A stretch of DNA of 64,000 bases, taken from positions 97,154,001-97,218,000 of the forward strand of contig NC_043003.1 in NCBI RefSeq assembly GCF_006345805.1, in the 5' to 3' direction. The stretch is from Octopus sinensis. Taxonomy: Eukaryota. Below are positions 62,915 to 64,000 of the stretch, piece after piece (the first letter of the stretch is position 1; each line of letters opens with the position of its first letter). The translations under genes were made by a program, and so were the position numbers. The notes beneath the pieces were generated by a model. The model saw only the letters and a list, made by a program, of their open reading frames with translations. It searched no databases and was not told the DNA's origin.

Positions 62915-64000
62915 CGAAGATCGGCTGAAAAGTTCATAGGCTGACCATGATACTCTCATGGAATGGGACCAAATGAGGTTTATTTTTCAACATAGTCCCC
63001 CTTGCGGTTCACACACTTCTTCCACTGGCATTGCAGTGCTTGGATCCCATTGGTGAAGAAACTTTCATCCTGTCGGTCAACAAAGTTAACAGCATATATG
63101 ACATCATCATCACTTCGATATTGGTTCCCGGCTAGGTGTTCTTTTCATGTTGGAAAATAGATTATAATCAGATGGAGAAAATCAGGACAGTGGGAAGGGT
63201 TATCAATTAGTTCAAAGCCACAGTCACACATAACAGCCATTGAAACCAAGATCTAGTGTGCTGAAGTATTGTCCGCATGAAACAAGACCCCTTTCCCGGG
63301 ACTTTAATCTTGATAGCCTTTCGTAACTACCTCACCAAACTGACATAGTATTCTCTGGCTGTTTTGAAGATAGTCAATAAAACAATGCTTTTTATACATT
63401 CTCAAAAACTAAGGTCAATACCTTCACTACAGATATCACGACCATGGCCTGTTTTGGAGCAGGTGAGGAGTGTTTCTACTATGTGGATTGTCTCTTTGTC
63501 TCTGGCTCAAAGTGACGAAGCCAACATTCATCCTGGCTTAGGAAACGTTCAAGAAACCCACTGGATTTGCCTCAAACAACCTCAGATTTCCCCGTAGTGT
63601 GATCAACTTGGTGCGCTTTTGATCAGGTGTCAGATGTGGCACCCACAGAGCAGAAACGTTCGTCATGCCAAGTTCATCATGCAGAATATTCTCAACTCTT
63701 TTACGAGATATGCTAATAGCATTGGCTATTTGAATTATATTCAATCGCCAGTCATCCATCACCATGTGGTCAACAAAATCACTGTTCTCCTACAGACACT
63801 GAGTGATCTTCAAGACACTCCCCTTCCCTTCCTACATTCATCTGCCCACTTCTGAACTATTGATAAAGCTGGAACGTCATCCCCCAATGTTGCAACCATG
63901 TCAGCATGAATGTCCTTGGGGACTAAACCCTTTTTTCTGCAGGTTTTTTATAACACCACAATGCGAAATTTTGTCTGTTTTCAAAAGAAGTCGCTATCAG
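62915..64000 (-). mobile_element. Second mariner transposon (different subfamily), running off the window edge
   Basis: TA|CGAAGATCGGCTGAAAAGTTCATAGGCTGAC TIR-like end. Motifs ALWVPHLT, QDECWL, VLFHADN and KCVNRKGDYVEK*. Confidence 0.9.

Overview
This is AT-rich, microsatellite-dense eukaryotic DNA made mostly of transposon relics. The SINE and LINE families look like coleoid cephalopod (Octopus) repeats, which is my inference from recall and not a database result. I see no rRNA, intact tRNA gene, CRISPR array or intact transposon ORF. Recognisable elements are: RLE-type R4/Dong-like LINE fragments, several of them in (TAA)n; RTE, CR1 and L1/Tx1 LINE fragments; two Penelope-like GIY-YIG fragments; two mariners, one full length with both TIRs and a TA TSD; a complete non-autonomous Helitron; several SINE families; and a foldback element with a telomere-like core. 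The only good host-gene candidate is a signal-peptide-encoding first coding exon at 31300-31496 (+). The main hidden signal is a set of short elements next to microsatellites, from several unrelated sequence families, that carry type I hammerhead ribozyme motifs (1589-1680 on both strands, 10912, 26820, 28284, 36354, 37275/37771, 54739, and weaker ones at 55409 and about 55576). Several sit in foldbacks or tandem repeats, which fits Penelope pseudo-LTR or retrozyme-like biology. Other notable items are a SINE that appears to target its own internal GGTATTT site and builds tandem arrays, an inverted templated insertion that splits an RTE relic, and a LINE 5' junction stuttered into a 24-bp minisatellite. 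All folds and alignments were done by eye; no activity has been tested.
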